Shown piece by piece: positions 42,263-55,184 of a stretch of DNA of 64,000 nucleotides; the first letter of the stretch is position 1, and each line of letters begins with the position of its first letter. A program made the position numbers and the translations under genes. A model generated the notes under the pieces. It saw only the letters and a list, made by a program, of their open reading frames with translations. It was not told the DNA's origin and did not search any database. This DNA is from Eledone cirrhosa (Eukaryota), in contig OZ024751.1 of the NCBI GenBank assembly GCA_964016885.1, positions 48,794,001-48,858,000 on the forward strand, in the 5' to 3' direction.

Positions 42263-42267
<5 letters not shown>
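41624..42267. mobile_element. Inverted pair of ~315-nt retrozyme-like units, family F
   Basis: 41624-41920(-) and 41926-42267(+) are diverged, circularly permuted copies; the plus copy starts and ends with atttcagagcaccaa(t/c)tctaattttca. Confidence 0.85.
42053..42102 (+). ncRNA. Type I hammerhead ribozyme (family F)
   Basis: GATAAGCT-CTGAGGA-atagc aaca gtat-GAAA-CAGATCTG-TC-ACCTTATC; GUC site after 42094; stem I extended by caacaaacaaggggag / ctccctttgtttgttg; mirror copy at 41727-41778(-). Confidence 0.8.
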
Positions 42268-42340
<73 letters not shown>

Positions 42341-42936
42341 TACAATTTTGCATCACATGTTCGGGTTTGTTTATCATATACTACGTACAACCTACTTTGT
42401 AGCTGACCCAGATAATATTTAGAAATACATGATGTCTTTTAATCTAAAGATTAATAGCACTGCAGATGCTACACAAGATAGACTGCACCATTAAATCTTT
42501 CAAGAAACACCTATGATTTCCTATCGTCGAATATAATTACGTTTTGTTCTGCTTATTTTTCTGATATACACAGAACACTGTCGAACTCATCGCCATACTT
42601 ACATCAATTTATCATCAATTCATAACATTTGTGAATCATTTCATTGAAAGAAAAAATGGCTGTACGTATGATAGAAACGTTTCACATTTGCTCGTAAGTA
42701 CTCGTACATTTTACGAGCCAGAACGTAGCTTCTATATCGGAGCTTCTATCGTAACAGGAAACAGTCGATAGGTAATCGTTCATACGATGTCTGCAAAATG
42801 ATGCAATATTTATGGATATGGAATCTAAATCAATGGTTTGGAACCTTAGGAATATTTTTTTGGCAAAACAATAAGAAAATGTTGTGTGACGAAATAACTT
42901 CGAAGTCCTTTTGACATTTCTCTATCTGGTTTCAAA

Positions 42937-43007
<71 letters not shown>

Positions 43008-43324
43008 CATGAGCAAACGAACGACATATACTCGCAAATACTGTTGACAATGATTATATATATACTGTATATAGATTCTTTTTTTAAGTTGCTACAGTAA
43101 ACAGAAAACAAAAAAATGTGGAAGCGAAGAGGCAGTACAAATGTTATTATTAGTTTCACGCTTGAGAGTGGGGGTGGGCACATATTTTTCTTTGTATACA
43201 CATATATATATATATATATTGGAAAATGTGTGAGATCCTTGGTACAGTTAGGTATATTTGAAAAAAAGGAAAAGAATGACTTCACTTGTAGTATTAAAAC
43301 ATTTATGATTTAATGTTATAATAT

Positions 43325-43515
43325 AATTGTTTCTACTTTTGGCACAAGGCCAGCAATTATACCAGTGTATTACTGGTACTTCATTTTATCGACCCCCTAA
43401 GGATGAAAGGCAAAGTTAACCTCGGCGGGATTTGAACTCAGAATGGCAAGGGCCGTAACTCTATGCGTCAAAGCATGGCGTCCGACCCTCTACCGATACT
43501 GGCAATCCACCGCCA
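43325..43515 (-). mobile_element. Dominant SINE, full length
   Basis: Head ggcggtggattgccagtatcgg and B-box gagttcaaatcc; flanked by repeated atttaatgttataatataatt (possible target-site duplication). Confidence 0.9.
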
Positions 43516-43698
43516 TTTATATATAATTTAATGTTATAATATAATATTATAACATTATGAGTGAATATTATAATATTATATTATAACATTAAATCACAAA
43601 TTGTTTAACACTACAAGTGAGGTCATTCTTTTCCTTTTTTTCAAATATATATATATATATGTATATGAGCTTGTGAGTATATGCATTTATGTATACAC

Positions 43699-43754
<56 letters not shown>

Positions 43755-44635
43755 TTATATATGCGTGTGTTTATGTTTATATATGTGTGTGTGATTATGT
43801 ATATGTATGTGAGTGTTTGTGCGTATGCATGTCTGCGAGTCTACGTTTCTTCCTTAATTGTAATATGTCACGAGATTCCTATCATGGCTCATGATTTTTA
43901 TGTTTGTTGATTTGCTTCTTTTATTTCACAGCAATATGTATTCCTCCTGACTCTATTTTCTAGTTATTTGCTTTCTGGTGGTGAGCAACCACTCAATTAA
44001 AGGTTGAATATATGAAAATGGCCATTATACTAAACATTGCACTTCCTCCATAGGCTTTCATTTCCAAAATCTAAATTACCTGTTAGAGAAATTCATTCTA
44101 GTTTCACTTTGGAGTTCAAGCGAAAACAGAAGAATGTTGACCAGAAAATAAAATGAAATACAAATAGAATTAAAATAAAATATATTACAATACAAAACAA
44201 AATAAAACGTCGAAGGAGGACTTTACTGATTCCTTCATTAACTGATACTAATTATATTACAGAAACAACAGTCCGCAGGAAAGCCGTTTATTAGCATTGC
44301 TCGTTTTATTACAATAGGAATTATTTTACGCTTTCACCGTAATTCGCCTGCAAGCAAATGAACAGGGGAGGCAAAAATTACTGATATTTAACTATAGGAG
44401 AAACCCTGCTATTACGACTGGAGCTGAGTTACGTTGTTAAATCATTACTATTGTAAATTCTATACAGCTCTTATCATTTTTACTTGTTGATTGTGAGCGT
44501 CTGTTTGTTTGTGTGTTTGTGTTTCTGTGTACGGTTATGTGTATTTTAGTCTGCGCTTGTGTATATGTTTATAGCTTTTAATTTTTTTGTATGTACTCAT
44601 GGAGACATGTATTTATGAATATTTGTATCGATATC

Positions 44636-44819
<184 letters not shown>

Positions 44820-44844
44820 TGTGTGTGTGTGTGTGTGTGTACAT

Positions 44845-44895
<51 letters not shown>

Positions 44896-44914
44896 TATAT
44901 ATACATATATATGC

Positions 44915-45833
44915 AAAAGTTTTATTTAAATTGTTGGGATACAACAAGCAAATATTTTTATAACTGATATAAAGCACTCGACAAATATTTGGAGTAGATA
45001 TACGATATTAATAAATGGAAACTATATTTCTAAAACCATATTTATTTCATTATATATATTTCAAGGATACCAAGTTACATTATGGTATGCCTTCATTAGA
45101 CAAAATACAATATATAACAGTTTTATAAATATAGGTACATATATATAAATATTTATGTACATATATATTTAGGTAGATATATATAAATATTTATGTACAT
45201 ATATATTGTGTATGTAATATGCGATAGATAATCTCTCTAGCAATATATATATTTTATAATGTTTAAATTCCAATTTTTAATATGTTGATCTCAATTTTAA
45301 ACTAAATATCTAATCATAATTAAACAATGTGTAATTTCTCATATTATATATCTATATTCTATTCATGAATATTAATATTTCTAATTTTATTTATGCTTTT
45401 CATCCCAATTGTTAACTCAACTTAATATGACATAACTTAAGGTTTTCGTTCTCTCCCCCCTCTCTCTGGATTTTTTTCTCTGTCTGATGGTTTGATATCT
45501 CCCCGTTATTTTTCCTCTGTTCTCTTTTCTTTTTCTTTTTCTTTTTCTTTATCTATCTCTCCCTTTCTTTTCTCCACGTTTCTCTCTCTCTCTCCATCAT
45601 TTTACTTACTCTTAACACTATGACTTACAAAAGTAAACAAATCACTATCCTGATGGCCTCCAAAAGCAACGGTCAATTTTTAAAGGGGTACGTCAATGTC
45701 TATTTATAAAACTGTTATATATTGTATTTTGTCTGAAGAAGGCATACCATAATGTAACTTGGTATCCTTGAAATATATATAATGAAATAAATATGGTTTT
45801 ATAAATATAGTTTCCATTTATTAATATCGTATA
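44915..45833. mobile_element. Fold-back element, family G, in (TA)n
   Basis: ~130-bp inverted arms 44999-45130 / 45700-45832 and one-sided tail 44915-44998. Confidence 0.85.
45725..45789 (+). ncRNA. Type I hammerhead ribozyme (family G)
   Basis: TATTTTGT-CTGAAGA-AGGcATACCA...TGGTATCCT-t-GAAA-TATATA-TA-ATGAAATA: 8-bp stem I with GU pairs, AUA triplet; mirror copy at ~45042-45107(-) has core CTAATGA. Confidence 0.75.
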
Positions 45834-46261
45834 CATATATATATATATATGCATATACATATATACATATATACATATATACATATATATATGTATATGC
45901 ACACGCACACACACACATACACATACAGGCACACACAAACATATATACATATATATGAGTGTGTGTGTTCTTATTTGCAATTTCGTGCACATAGTTGTTT
46001 TTAACCTCATACGTCTCGTTGTCGTCTTTTTTCGATATCCACGTGACTCGATGGTGGGTTTAAACATTACTGTGAATCATGAAATTGCTTTTGAATTCAT
46101 CTTATCTATTAAAGTGAGTCAAATACTATCGAAGTTTATAGTATTGCAGCACCCGTCGACATACACAGAAATTATCTATTACATTTAAGAATGAAAGAGA
46201 AGGAAGAAATCGGTGTTGTTTATAATACGATTTATTTCACCTTCAATGTCTATTTGCTCAC

Positions 46262-46311
<50 letters not shown>

Positions 46312-46325
46312 GTATATTAGATATA

Positions 46326-46445
46326 TTAGAAATAGAAGCTTGCCCCGTATTTTTGGACTAAAGAAATTTCTTTAGTAAAAAGATACGGCGAAAGCTTCTA
46401 TTTCTAATTTTCAAACTTGCTCGCTGTTTCAAAACATACTTACCA
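46326..46445. mobile_element. Short fold-back element with the 3' half of an HHR-like motif
   Basis: Palindrome 46326-46407 centred on actaaagaaatttctttagt; contains cggCGAAAGCTTc; ~38-bp tail. Confidence 0.7.
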
Positions 46446-46454
46446 TATATATAT

Positions 46455-46826
46455 ATTGATATTCAAAACAACAAACAGCGAAAGACGCGTTCCGGACTTG
46501 TCCGACAGACAACCTTTTCCCCCTCCCCGGAAAAAAACACCAGTTGATGGATGTGAATCCGAAATATATAGGGACTATTAAATCTCTCCCAAGGTAACTC
46601 TCTCTTGTGTTGTTATTTTTATTTGTATCCTTTATACTCTTCCCTTCATTCTACACATCTCACACATCTTATACACATCACGCATCTCAACGTACACCCA
46701 CTTACATCTCTCTCTCCACCACCGGACTTTGTTACCCGGAGATTTACCCATTTGCATTGTCGAGGCTTCCAAACGACTTAAAGATATTTACTTATTGTTC
46801 CACAATGCTTCAAGCAAACTTCAATA

Positions 46827-46832
<6 letters not shown>
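46455..46832 (+). mobile_element. Diverged family E relative with variant HHR
   Basis: CAGTTGA-t-GGAT gtga ATCC-GAAA-tataTA-ggga at 46541-46574; ends cacaatgcttcaagcaaactt, the reverse complement of 22848-22868. Confidence 0.75.
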
Positions 46833-46859
<27 letters not shown>

Positions 46860-46865
<6 letters not shown>

Positions 46866-47770
46866 TATGAAGAGAGAAGAAACATTTAGATATAATTAAT
46901 AATAAAATGTATCATACCTAAACTGCTCCTAAATTCCTCGACTACGTAGTTTCGTGGCATAAACAAAAACAATATATCATAAAGATATAGAGTCCCTGCG
47001 AGGTCTGCCGACTTATCAAGAGTATACCTCATTTTACTAGTCTCAAGAACGCGTCTACACGACGTGAGAAAGAATCCCAAAAGGCGGAGGGGGAGATAGT
47101 CACGCGATATAACGGTCGAGAAACAGAGCTAAGCCTCTTATAACCACGAAGAAAATACCACGGAGGCGGAGGGGGTATTCATATCGAGGCCGCAGAAGAG
47201 GTGGTGAAGAAGGCTAGAAGTATGAGTAATGGAAGCTTTCCAGTTGTCCCCACACTTCAAAGATTGCTCGACCAGAGGGAGTTATTAACAATATATTTAG
47301 AAACACACAGATACATGCGGACACACACATATATACATGAATGCATCCGCACCCAACTGTGAGTTAAGGGTGCCAACTTCACCGATGTTGCTCAATGAAT
47401 GACCGGGACAGACCAATTCAGTTGAACCAGACTGAACCAGTATCAGAGTTAAAAATACATTATGAAGAGAGAAGAAACATTTAGATATAATTAGTAATAA
47501 AATGTATCATACCTAAACTGCTCCTAAATTCCTCGACTACGTAGTTTCGTGGCATAAACAAAAACAATATATCATAAAGATATAGAGTCCCTGCGAGGTC
47601 TGCCGACTTATCAAGAGGATACCTCATTTTACTAGTCTCAAGAACGCGTCTACACGACGTGAGAAAGAATCCCAAAAGGCGGAGGGGGAGATAGTCACGC
47701 GATATAACGGTCGAGAAACAGAGCTAAGCCTCCTATAACCACGAAGAAAATACCACGGAGGCGGAGGGGG

Positions 47771-47773
<3 letters not shown>
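46860..47773 (-). mobile_element. 1.5-mer of a 595-bp unit with two HHRs (family H) in (TA)n
   Basis: 46860-47178 is repeated at 47455-47773 (duplicate ORFs 46886 and 47481 are 595 apart); minus HHRs at ~46935-47025 and 47530-47620 read (tc)ctc-TTGATAA-GTcGGCA...TGCCAC-GAAA-CTACGTAG-TC-GAGGA. Confidence 0.9.
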
Positions 47774-47865
<92 letters not shown>

Positions 47866-49372
47866 ATTAGAAAGTGAACAACGCAAAATATAACTACTAC
47901 ATTACCAAAGGTTTCTGGATCCCAGATAATAATAATATAAGTCTGGATCTATTTCAGACAGAGATGTTATGGATGAAAAATTAAATAGCTCTGTTCTATA
48001 CATAGAGCACTCTTTTTTCCTTTGTTTTTTCTTCAGAATTACCAAACATATATATATATATATAGAGAGAAAGATGGGGGGGGGGGGAGAAACAGACAGA
48101 CAGGTTAAACTAGGACGTTAAATAAAGTTACTAGCTTGTTGTTAGGCAATAATAACATTTCTAATGAATATAATATATCTCATGTTAGCTTTGCATTTTG
48201 TAAAATATTATTATGTTTCATATCCCTAGTGGATAGACTGCGATAATTTATACGGGGAAGAGAGGAAACATGAATGTCATATCAATTAGTATATATTAGT
48301 AAGTAGTATATTAGTATATTAGTTCTCTAGTGAGACTATTTCAATAGTGAAATGTATATTTTGAAGAAGATATACTAAAAGTTTGAATCATAGTATTTCT
48401 GTTTTCTTAATATTGAAGAAATTTTGCAGTGCAGTTTCAAAAATTTTAATAAGTCCACGATGGAATTGAGATTCTTAGATATGATGCAGGCTTATATTAT
48501 CACTTCGAACCAATTAGAAAAATGTTCTCTTTATTTCCTGATATAATTTACTACATGCGTGTATCCCTCTGTGTAGAATCAACGTCCGGCATCTTTGAAA
48601 TATGATCATGCAACAAGTCTTAACACTAATAATTCGGAGCTACATTTTCTCACAAACACATGTCTTTTTCTTAAAGTAGTTCACAGTTCACTCGATGTAG
48701 GTTTAGGCTTTAATGTATATATGTCATATAGAATAGATGTAGAGGGTGACATTGTTTATTTTCCAGGTAAATGACACTGGCCCAATTGCCATACAACGTA
48801 ATACAACCAGTACCGTTAAGATTGCGAAGCTAACTTCACATACAAACATTTAAACATTCAAAAACCCAAACAGAATGATAGCGACATACTTACTATTTCA
48901 CTTGAAACGTTATACACCATGCAGTAGAATTTCGTATGAGTAAACAGTTATGGAATTAAATGCTGACTATACTACATTCATCATTATTAAGCAGCGTACA
49001 TGTTATAATCTGATGACATGGAGAATATTTCAATATGAAAAAGGTCACTGAATAGATGTCAACATGTGTTATGTCCACTGACCTAAAATGGCGGATAATG
49101 ATGTAGATAATTCCCTGAATGCCTGTGCAATAACATGTTACATACAAACCCTATTATGCATGATATATTAACTAGTTGCTCCATAACACCAATAATTACA
49201 TAAACATTGCCGAGTCCAGAATGCCATATTATTAACTGTAACCAGGTAACTTTTACCCGACTTCCATACGTTTTCTTTCCATGCAGAATTCTTTCTTTAG
49301 GCTACTGTCAACATGATTGTTGACAGTAGCCTAAAGAAAGCCTTTGATTACTGACAGATGTACTAATGATCT

Positions 49373-49473
<101 letters not shown>

Positions 49474-49505
49474 ACTCTCTCTCTCTCTCACTCTCTCATT
49501 CTATC

Positions 49506-49868
49506 TTAGAATTGGTGCTCTGAAATGGCGATATATATATATGAATGTATATATAGTGTATTTTGCAACCGCTCTGTATAATCAGTTCCTGATTATTACT
49601 AGAATTCTATAAGAATCAAACATTCATGATTTTCAGCAAACAGGCGGAGTACTTAGCTTTGATAAGCACCAAAAAGTGCGAAACAGAGCTCTGTCAGCTT
49701 TATCTCCCCTGTTTGCTGAAAATTAAAGTAAGTGAGACTGTCACTACTCTAAAACAATAGCATAAGGTCTTCGATAATGCTTTTAATTAAGCATACAGTG
49801 TATTGCAAAATACACTATATATACATTCATATATATATCGCTAATTCAGAGCATCAATTCTAATTTTA
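49506..49868 (+). mobile_element. Family F relative with inverted 5' cap and U3-A8 HHR
   Basis: 49506-49568 is the reverse complement of 49803-49863; HHR 49655-49699 reads AGCT-TTGATAA-GCAC caaaaa GTGC-GAAA-CAGAGCTCTG-TC-AGCT. Confidence 0.85.
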
Positions 49869-49880
49869 TATATATATATT

Positions 49881-49927
<47 letters not shown>

Positions 49928-50433
49928 ATATATATATAGATGAAATTACGTCACTTTTCACTTCTTAAATTCAAAGCTATGCGGTATCATTTATTAATTT
50001 CATTATTTCTTTTCGAATACTAGATGGGCAGAGTCTTAATTCAAATACCTGTTATAATGCTATTTTATAAGTTGTACATCATATAAAGTACAGCATATAT
50101 ATTATAATCTTACAATACAAAATGACAATCGCCTTTTAATAATAGATATTTCAAAATCTCTGTGACGTTCTACACGTGAAATAAGAGTGGTGTGCTGATA
50201 TACGTAAAGAGACTCGTACTTAAATCTCTTATAGTCGGGATCACCTGCGAAGATATGTATACTAATGGTTAGAGACTTCGCCTCACGTACCTTACTTTTC
50301 TGTTATTGATTTCCAGCAATGCTCTCTGTACTTAAGCAAGTGACCCTGCCCTCATTACGGCAAGGAATATTAGGAATATTAAGCATAATAATATTAAACA
50401 GCTTGAAACCATATTTATCAAATATAATATGAT

Positions 50434-50614
<181 letters not shown>

Positions 50615-50711
50615 GTTAGTTAAGCAAAACAAGGCCACACACTTCACAATCTCTCCTCTCATATCTCCTCTACTATCTCCATCTCTCTCTTTAAGATTGG
50701 TTACTCTTGAA

Positions 50712-50813
50712 CAGTGTATATATATGTGTATTATATATTGTAAATAAATATATATATATGTGTGCGTGGATGTGAGTATATGCGTGTATTGATGTACGTA
50801 TATGCATTACATA

Positions 50814-50905
<92 letters not shown>

Positions 50906-50943
50906 TATATAATGCATATACGTACATGATATATATATATATT

Positions 50944-51038
<95 letters not shown>

Positions 51039-51135
51039 TATATAATTCATGTACGTACATGAATACACGCATTTACTCACATCCACGCACACATATATAT
51101 ATATTTATTTACAATATATAATACACATATGTACA
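50712..51135. repeat. Inverted duplication (~105-bp arms) around (TA)n
   Basis: 50712-50820 is the reverse complement of 51033-51135; partial third copy at ~50900-50930. Confidence 0.85.
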
Positions 51136-51510
51136 CGCATACACGCATACACGCATACACGCATACACACACATGTGCATGTCTTTATACAAGACGGCTG
51201 TGTGTGGTTGTGTTAATCTGTGTGTGTGTTTCTTTACTTGAATATAAAATATTGTACAAATACTGCACGTAATCTGTGATTCTGAGAGCAACGCCTTAAT
51301 TACTATTTAGCTAAAGATATAGGAAAGCTGAAGAGAAATTATATGTTGGTATTAAAAGCATTGGTCATAGTGGAATGTTAAAGTTCTAAAGGTTGCGCAA
51401 CATCTGGCATGTACTAATTCATCTCAGATGAACAAGATATGACGATGTGAAGATCATCATCAGCGTAGCATTAAATTAATATATTATATATTGTTTTCCA
51501 CCATTCTAAT

Positions 51511-51542
<32 letters not shown>

Positions 51543-51652
51543 TCTCTCTCTCTCTCTCTCACTATCTCTGTCTCTCACTCTGTCTCTCACTCTCTCACTC
51601 TCTCACACACTATCTATCTCTTTCGCTCTCGTTCTCTCTTACTCTCTCACCC

Positions 51653-51689
<37 letters not shown>

Positions 51690-51764
51690 TGTATATATAT
51701 GCATGTATATATATGCATGTATATATATGCATGTAGATATATATGTATGCATGTATATATATGC

Positions 51765-51802
<38 letters not shown>

Positions 51803-51878
51803 TTATATAATCAGAAATACATACAAAAATACTTTGCAAACGTACCATAGGTGAATCTAGGAATATATATATATATAA

Positions 51879-51921
<43 letters not shown>

Positions 51922-51923
<2 letters not shown>

Positions 51924-52112
51924 AAAAAGTATGACCCCGACGGCAGAGCTCCAGCCGTATCGACGGGTATTTCTGGACGCAGAAATAGCCGTCGAAATGG
52001 CTTGAGCTCTGCCGTCGGGTCTTACTTTTTCCTATTTCCCACTCTACTACCCTAAGTATTGAATACTCTAGTGCGTTATGGTCCATCTGGTTCTTACCAC
52101 AATTCCTCTGTT
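51922..52112 (+). mobile_element. Family B short fold-back element
   Basis: ggaaaaagtatgaccccgacggcagagctc...gagctctgccgtcgggtcttactttttcc plus tail; another tail fragment at 61635-61695(-). Confidence 0.85.
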
Positions 52113-52157
52113 ATATATAAATACATATATAAATACATATATATATATATATATATT

Positions 52158-52237
<80 letters not shown>

Positions 52238-52496
52238 CGAACACCAATTTGAATTTATTTTGTAATATTCTTCAAGTGAAATAATGTGAACATTCAACAG
52301 AACCTATCTTCAGCTGTACATATAGGCATTCCTACACAAACGCACATATACACCTTCACAGCACAGAGCATACATACATGCTAACTCGTTTCAAGTGCAT
52401 AAATATTCACAAATCCACAAATACATGCACACACGGCATGTAGGTATGTTCACATGGCTATGCATATATATACATATATATATACATACATATGTA

Positions 52497-52551
<55 letters not shown>

Positions 52552-52577
52552 TTATATATACATATGTATATATGCAT

Positions 52578-52650
<73 letters not shown>

Positions 52651-53447
52651 TGTATATGTTTGTATATACACATACACTATCTTACATCTATAGATATTGG
52701 TTCTGGCGCTCGAACTATTTGTGATTGTAAAAAAGTAAAGGAGGGCGTTTAACAGTAAATTTAGGTGAATATCAACAGCAATAATCTGGTTATTATCTAA
52801 TTATTTTATTATTTAATTACATGCTAGTAATTTAATACTTCTAGTGCAGTTAAATGAGTGCTAAAAATCTAATAAAGATCATTATAATTGCAAGTGTAAT
52901 TTTAATTGAAAATTAATATTGTTGAAAGTATGATATATTGGTTATAACTCCTCTCTCACCTTAGAGAAATAAATCTTTTTTATATTGAATCTCATCAGGG
53001 CGGTACAAGTACCAGAAACAGTAAATTATCTGCCTTATCTATGGTGGTATTTAGCTACGTCCCTTTCTTTAACTTCTTAAGTTTCAGTTTCTCATATTTT
53101 TTATCGCATCTCTTTGTCCGAAGAAAGCAATGTCTATCACTTCTTTTTTCGCAGGACCTCCAACGTTGATAAGAGGGAAACAGTTACCTTCCAAACGAAG
53201 ATATGACTGATGCATTTAATGGCTTGGATTCCCGTCAAGATATCCAATTGCCAGGTGATGCTGTAAAATCCAGTGATGGGTTATATATATGGTTAGCCCA
53301 ACTAACAACATTTGGCCCTCTTGGTTACCTTCGTGTCAAAAACATTTTTCTGTGTTACTTTTTTTTTTGTTTTTTTGGTTTTTGTCTTTTTATAGCCTCT
53401 TGGATTGTCTTTATCATTATTACTTTATTATATAACCATTATGCAAT

Positions 53448-53510
53448 AACCCCCTGATGATGTCACAAGGGTCTTACGTTACTTGGCCACTGAAATGTAC
53501 ATAGTGTTTG
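53448..53510 (+). ncRNA. Degenerate type I HHR at the 3' end of a probable PLE remnant
   Basis: aacccCTGATGA-t-gtcaCAAG...CTTGgccac-t-GAAA-TGTACA-TA-gtgtt, then AATAAA and (TA)n; the upstream ORF has WLAQLTTFGPLG, resembling the PLE WI..L.T..P.G ending. Confidence 0.5.
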
Positions 53511-53546
53511 GCATAATAAATCTTTGAAGGAATTTCATTTTAGTCC

Positions 53547-53615
<69 letters not shown>

Positions 53616-54145
53616 ACTAGAGATTGATTAACACATAAAAATACATGAATAATCACAGGAGATAATTCCAACTTGCGTGTAACCGCGCATAGCTAGTTTA
53701 GGCAATATTTACCTTTAAAAGTGATTAACATCCCTTGTATATATCCCATTAAAGAAATATATTCCACCAATTAACCGGATGGTAAGTCACGGAAAGTGGA
53801 TATTATTGGATTGTCAACAAGGAATTGATAATAAATGCAGCTATTCGAGCTTACAGGGCGAGATCAAATCTTCAACTATCCGTTACCACGTGTTGCGTTC
53901 ACACAAGATAGCGGTTTCGTTTCAGTGGCGTGAAAAGGTTTTCGACAACTAGAAATAGCAGCCAAAATTCTTCTCAACAGAAATAGCTCTATATATATAT
54001 ATATACATGTGTGTGTATGTGTGTTTGTGCGCGCGCGTGGGTGTCTGCAAGTGTGTATGTGTGTATGTGTGTATGCGTGTGACACATTGAAGTCGCTGCC
54101 ACTTTTCTACTCAAACACAGACACACGCAAACACACACACACACA

Positions 54146-54188
<43 letters not shown>

Positions 54189-54674
54189 TATATATATACT
54201 TATATATATATAAAATAAAGTATACAATACATTCAATTGCTGTAGATATATTTATGTAGCTTGTTCAGCAGACTATATAATATCAATGTAAAGGATTTGT
54301 GAGCAAAGAAGAGGAAAAGATTAAAAAAAGAAAAAAATGAAAATCTAAAAGTACAGAAATGTCCTTATGATAACCATAACAACAAGAAACAAAAGAAAAC
54401 AGCACAAAACCAAACAATAAAAATGTTGAATAGAGACAAAAGAACATTCCTTGTAATTATAGGAGTGTTAGAAACAATGATGCGAAGATGTGATATGAGA
54501 TGCAAGGAAGATAATCGAAGAACTTCCTGATAAAACTTTTCTATTCTGTGAAGTACCATTGATAGAGTTTCTTGAAGTAACTGACCATTGGGAGACAACG
54601 GCGATATTAATGGTTGTAGTGGTGGTAGTGGTGGTGGTGCTACTACTACTACTACTACTACCAATAATAATAAT

Positions 54675-54863
54675 AACTGTTTCTACTTTTGGCACAAGGC
54701 CAGCAATTACCCAGTGCATTACTGGTACTTTATTTTATCGATCCCGTAACGAAGAAAATCAAAGTTAACCACGGCAGGATTTGAACTCAGAACGGCAAGG
54801 ACCGTAACTCTGTGTGTCAAATCATGGCGTCCCACCCTCTACCGATACTGCCAATCCACCGCC
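54675..54863 (-). mobile_element. Dominant SINE, full length
   Basis: Head ggcggtggattggcagtatcgg, B-box gagttcaaatcc, (TTA)n tail. Confidence 0.9.
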
Positions 54864-55184
54864 CAATAATAATAATAATAATAATAATAATATAACAATG
54901 ATAATAATAATGAGTTCATTTATTGGCCACAAGGGCCGACATATAGGGGACAATACAAAAGACTGGGACAGTGGGGTTTTACAGAAAAATCGAGTAAACA
55001 ATATGAATAAACAAAGTAACAATAACAAAGTAACAATAAAGTAACAAGAAAATTACAACAAGAAAACATTCCCCAATAGGGGGGGGTGACCACCTAGGGT
55101 TCGCTCAGGTACTCCACCAGTCCTGAACGACCCGACACTTCGAGAGAACCCTGGAAGGGCACCCCCTCTCCTCTTCAAATTTAC

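Noticed and set aside
46886-47675. Duplicated 64-aa ORF
   Set aside because: It results from the 595-bp direct repeat, has no recognisable domain and overlaps the ribozyme.
53140-53330. Host exon after ttcttttttcgcag
   Set aside because: All three frames from the acceptor hit stops within ~60 nt, no partner exons are evident, and a PLE remnant explains it better.
53616-53698. Mini-Helitron end (tgcgtg taac cgcgca..CTAGT)
   Set aside because: Only a short hairpin plus CTAG in a single copy; too little to call.
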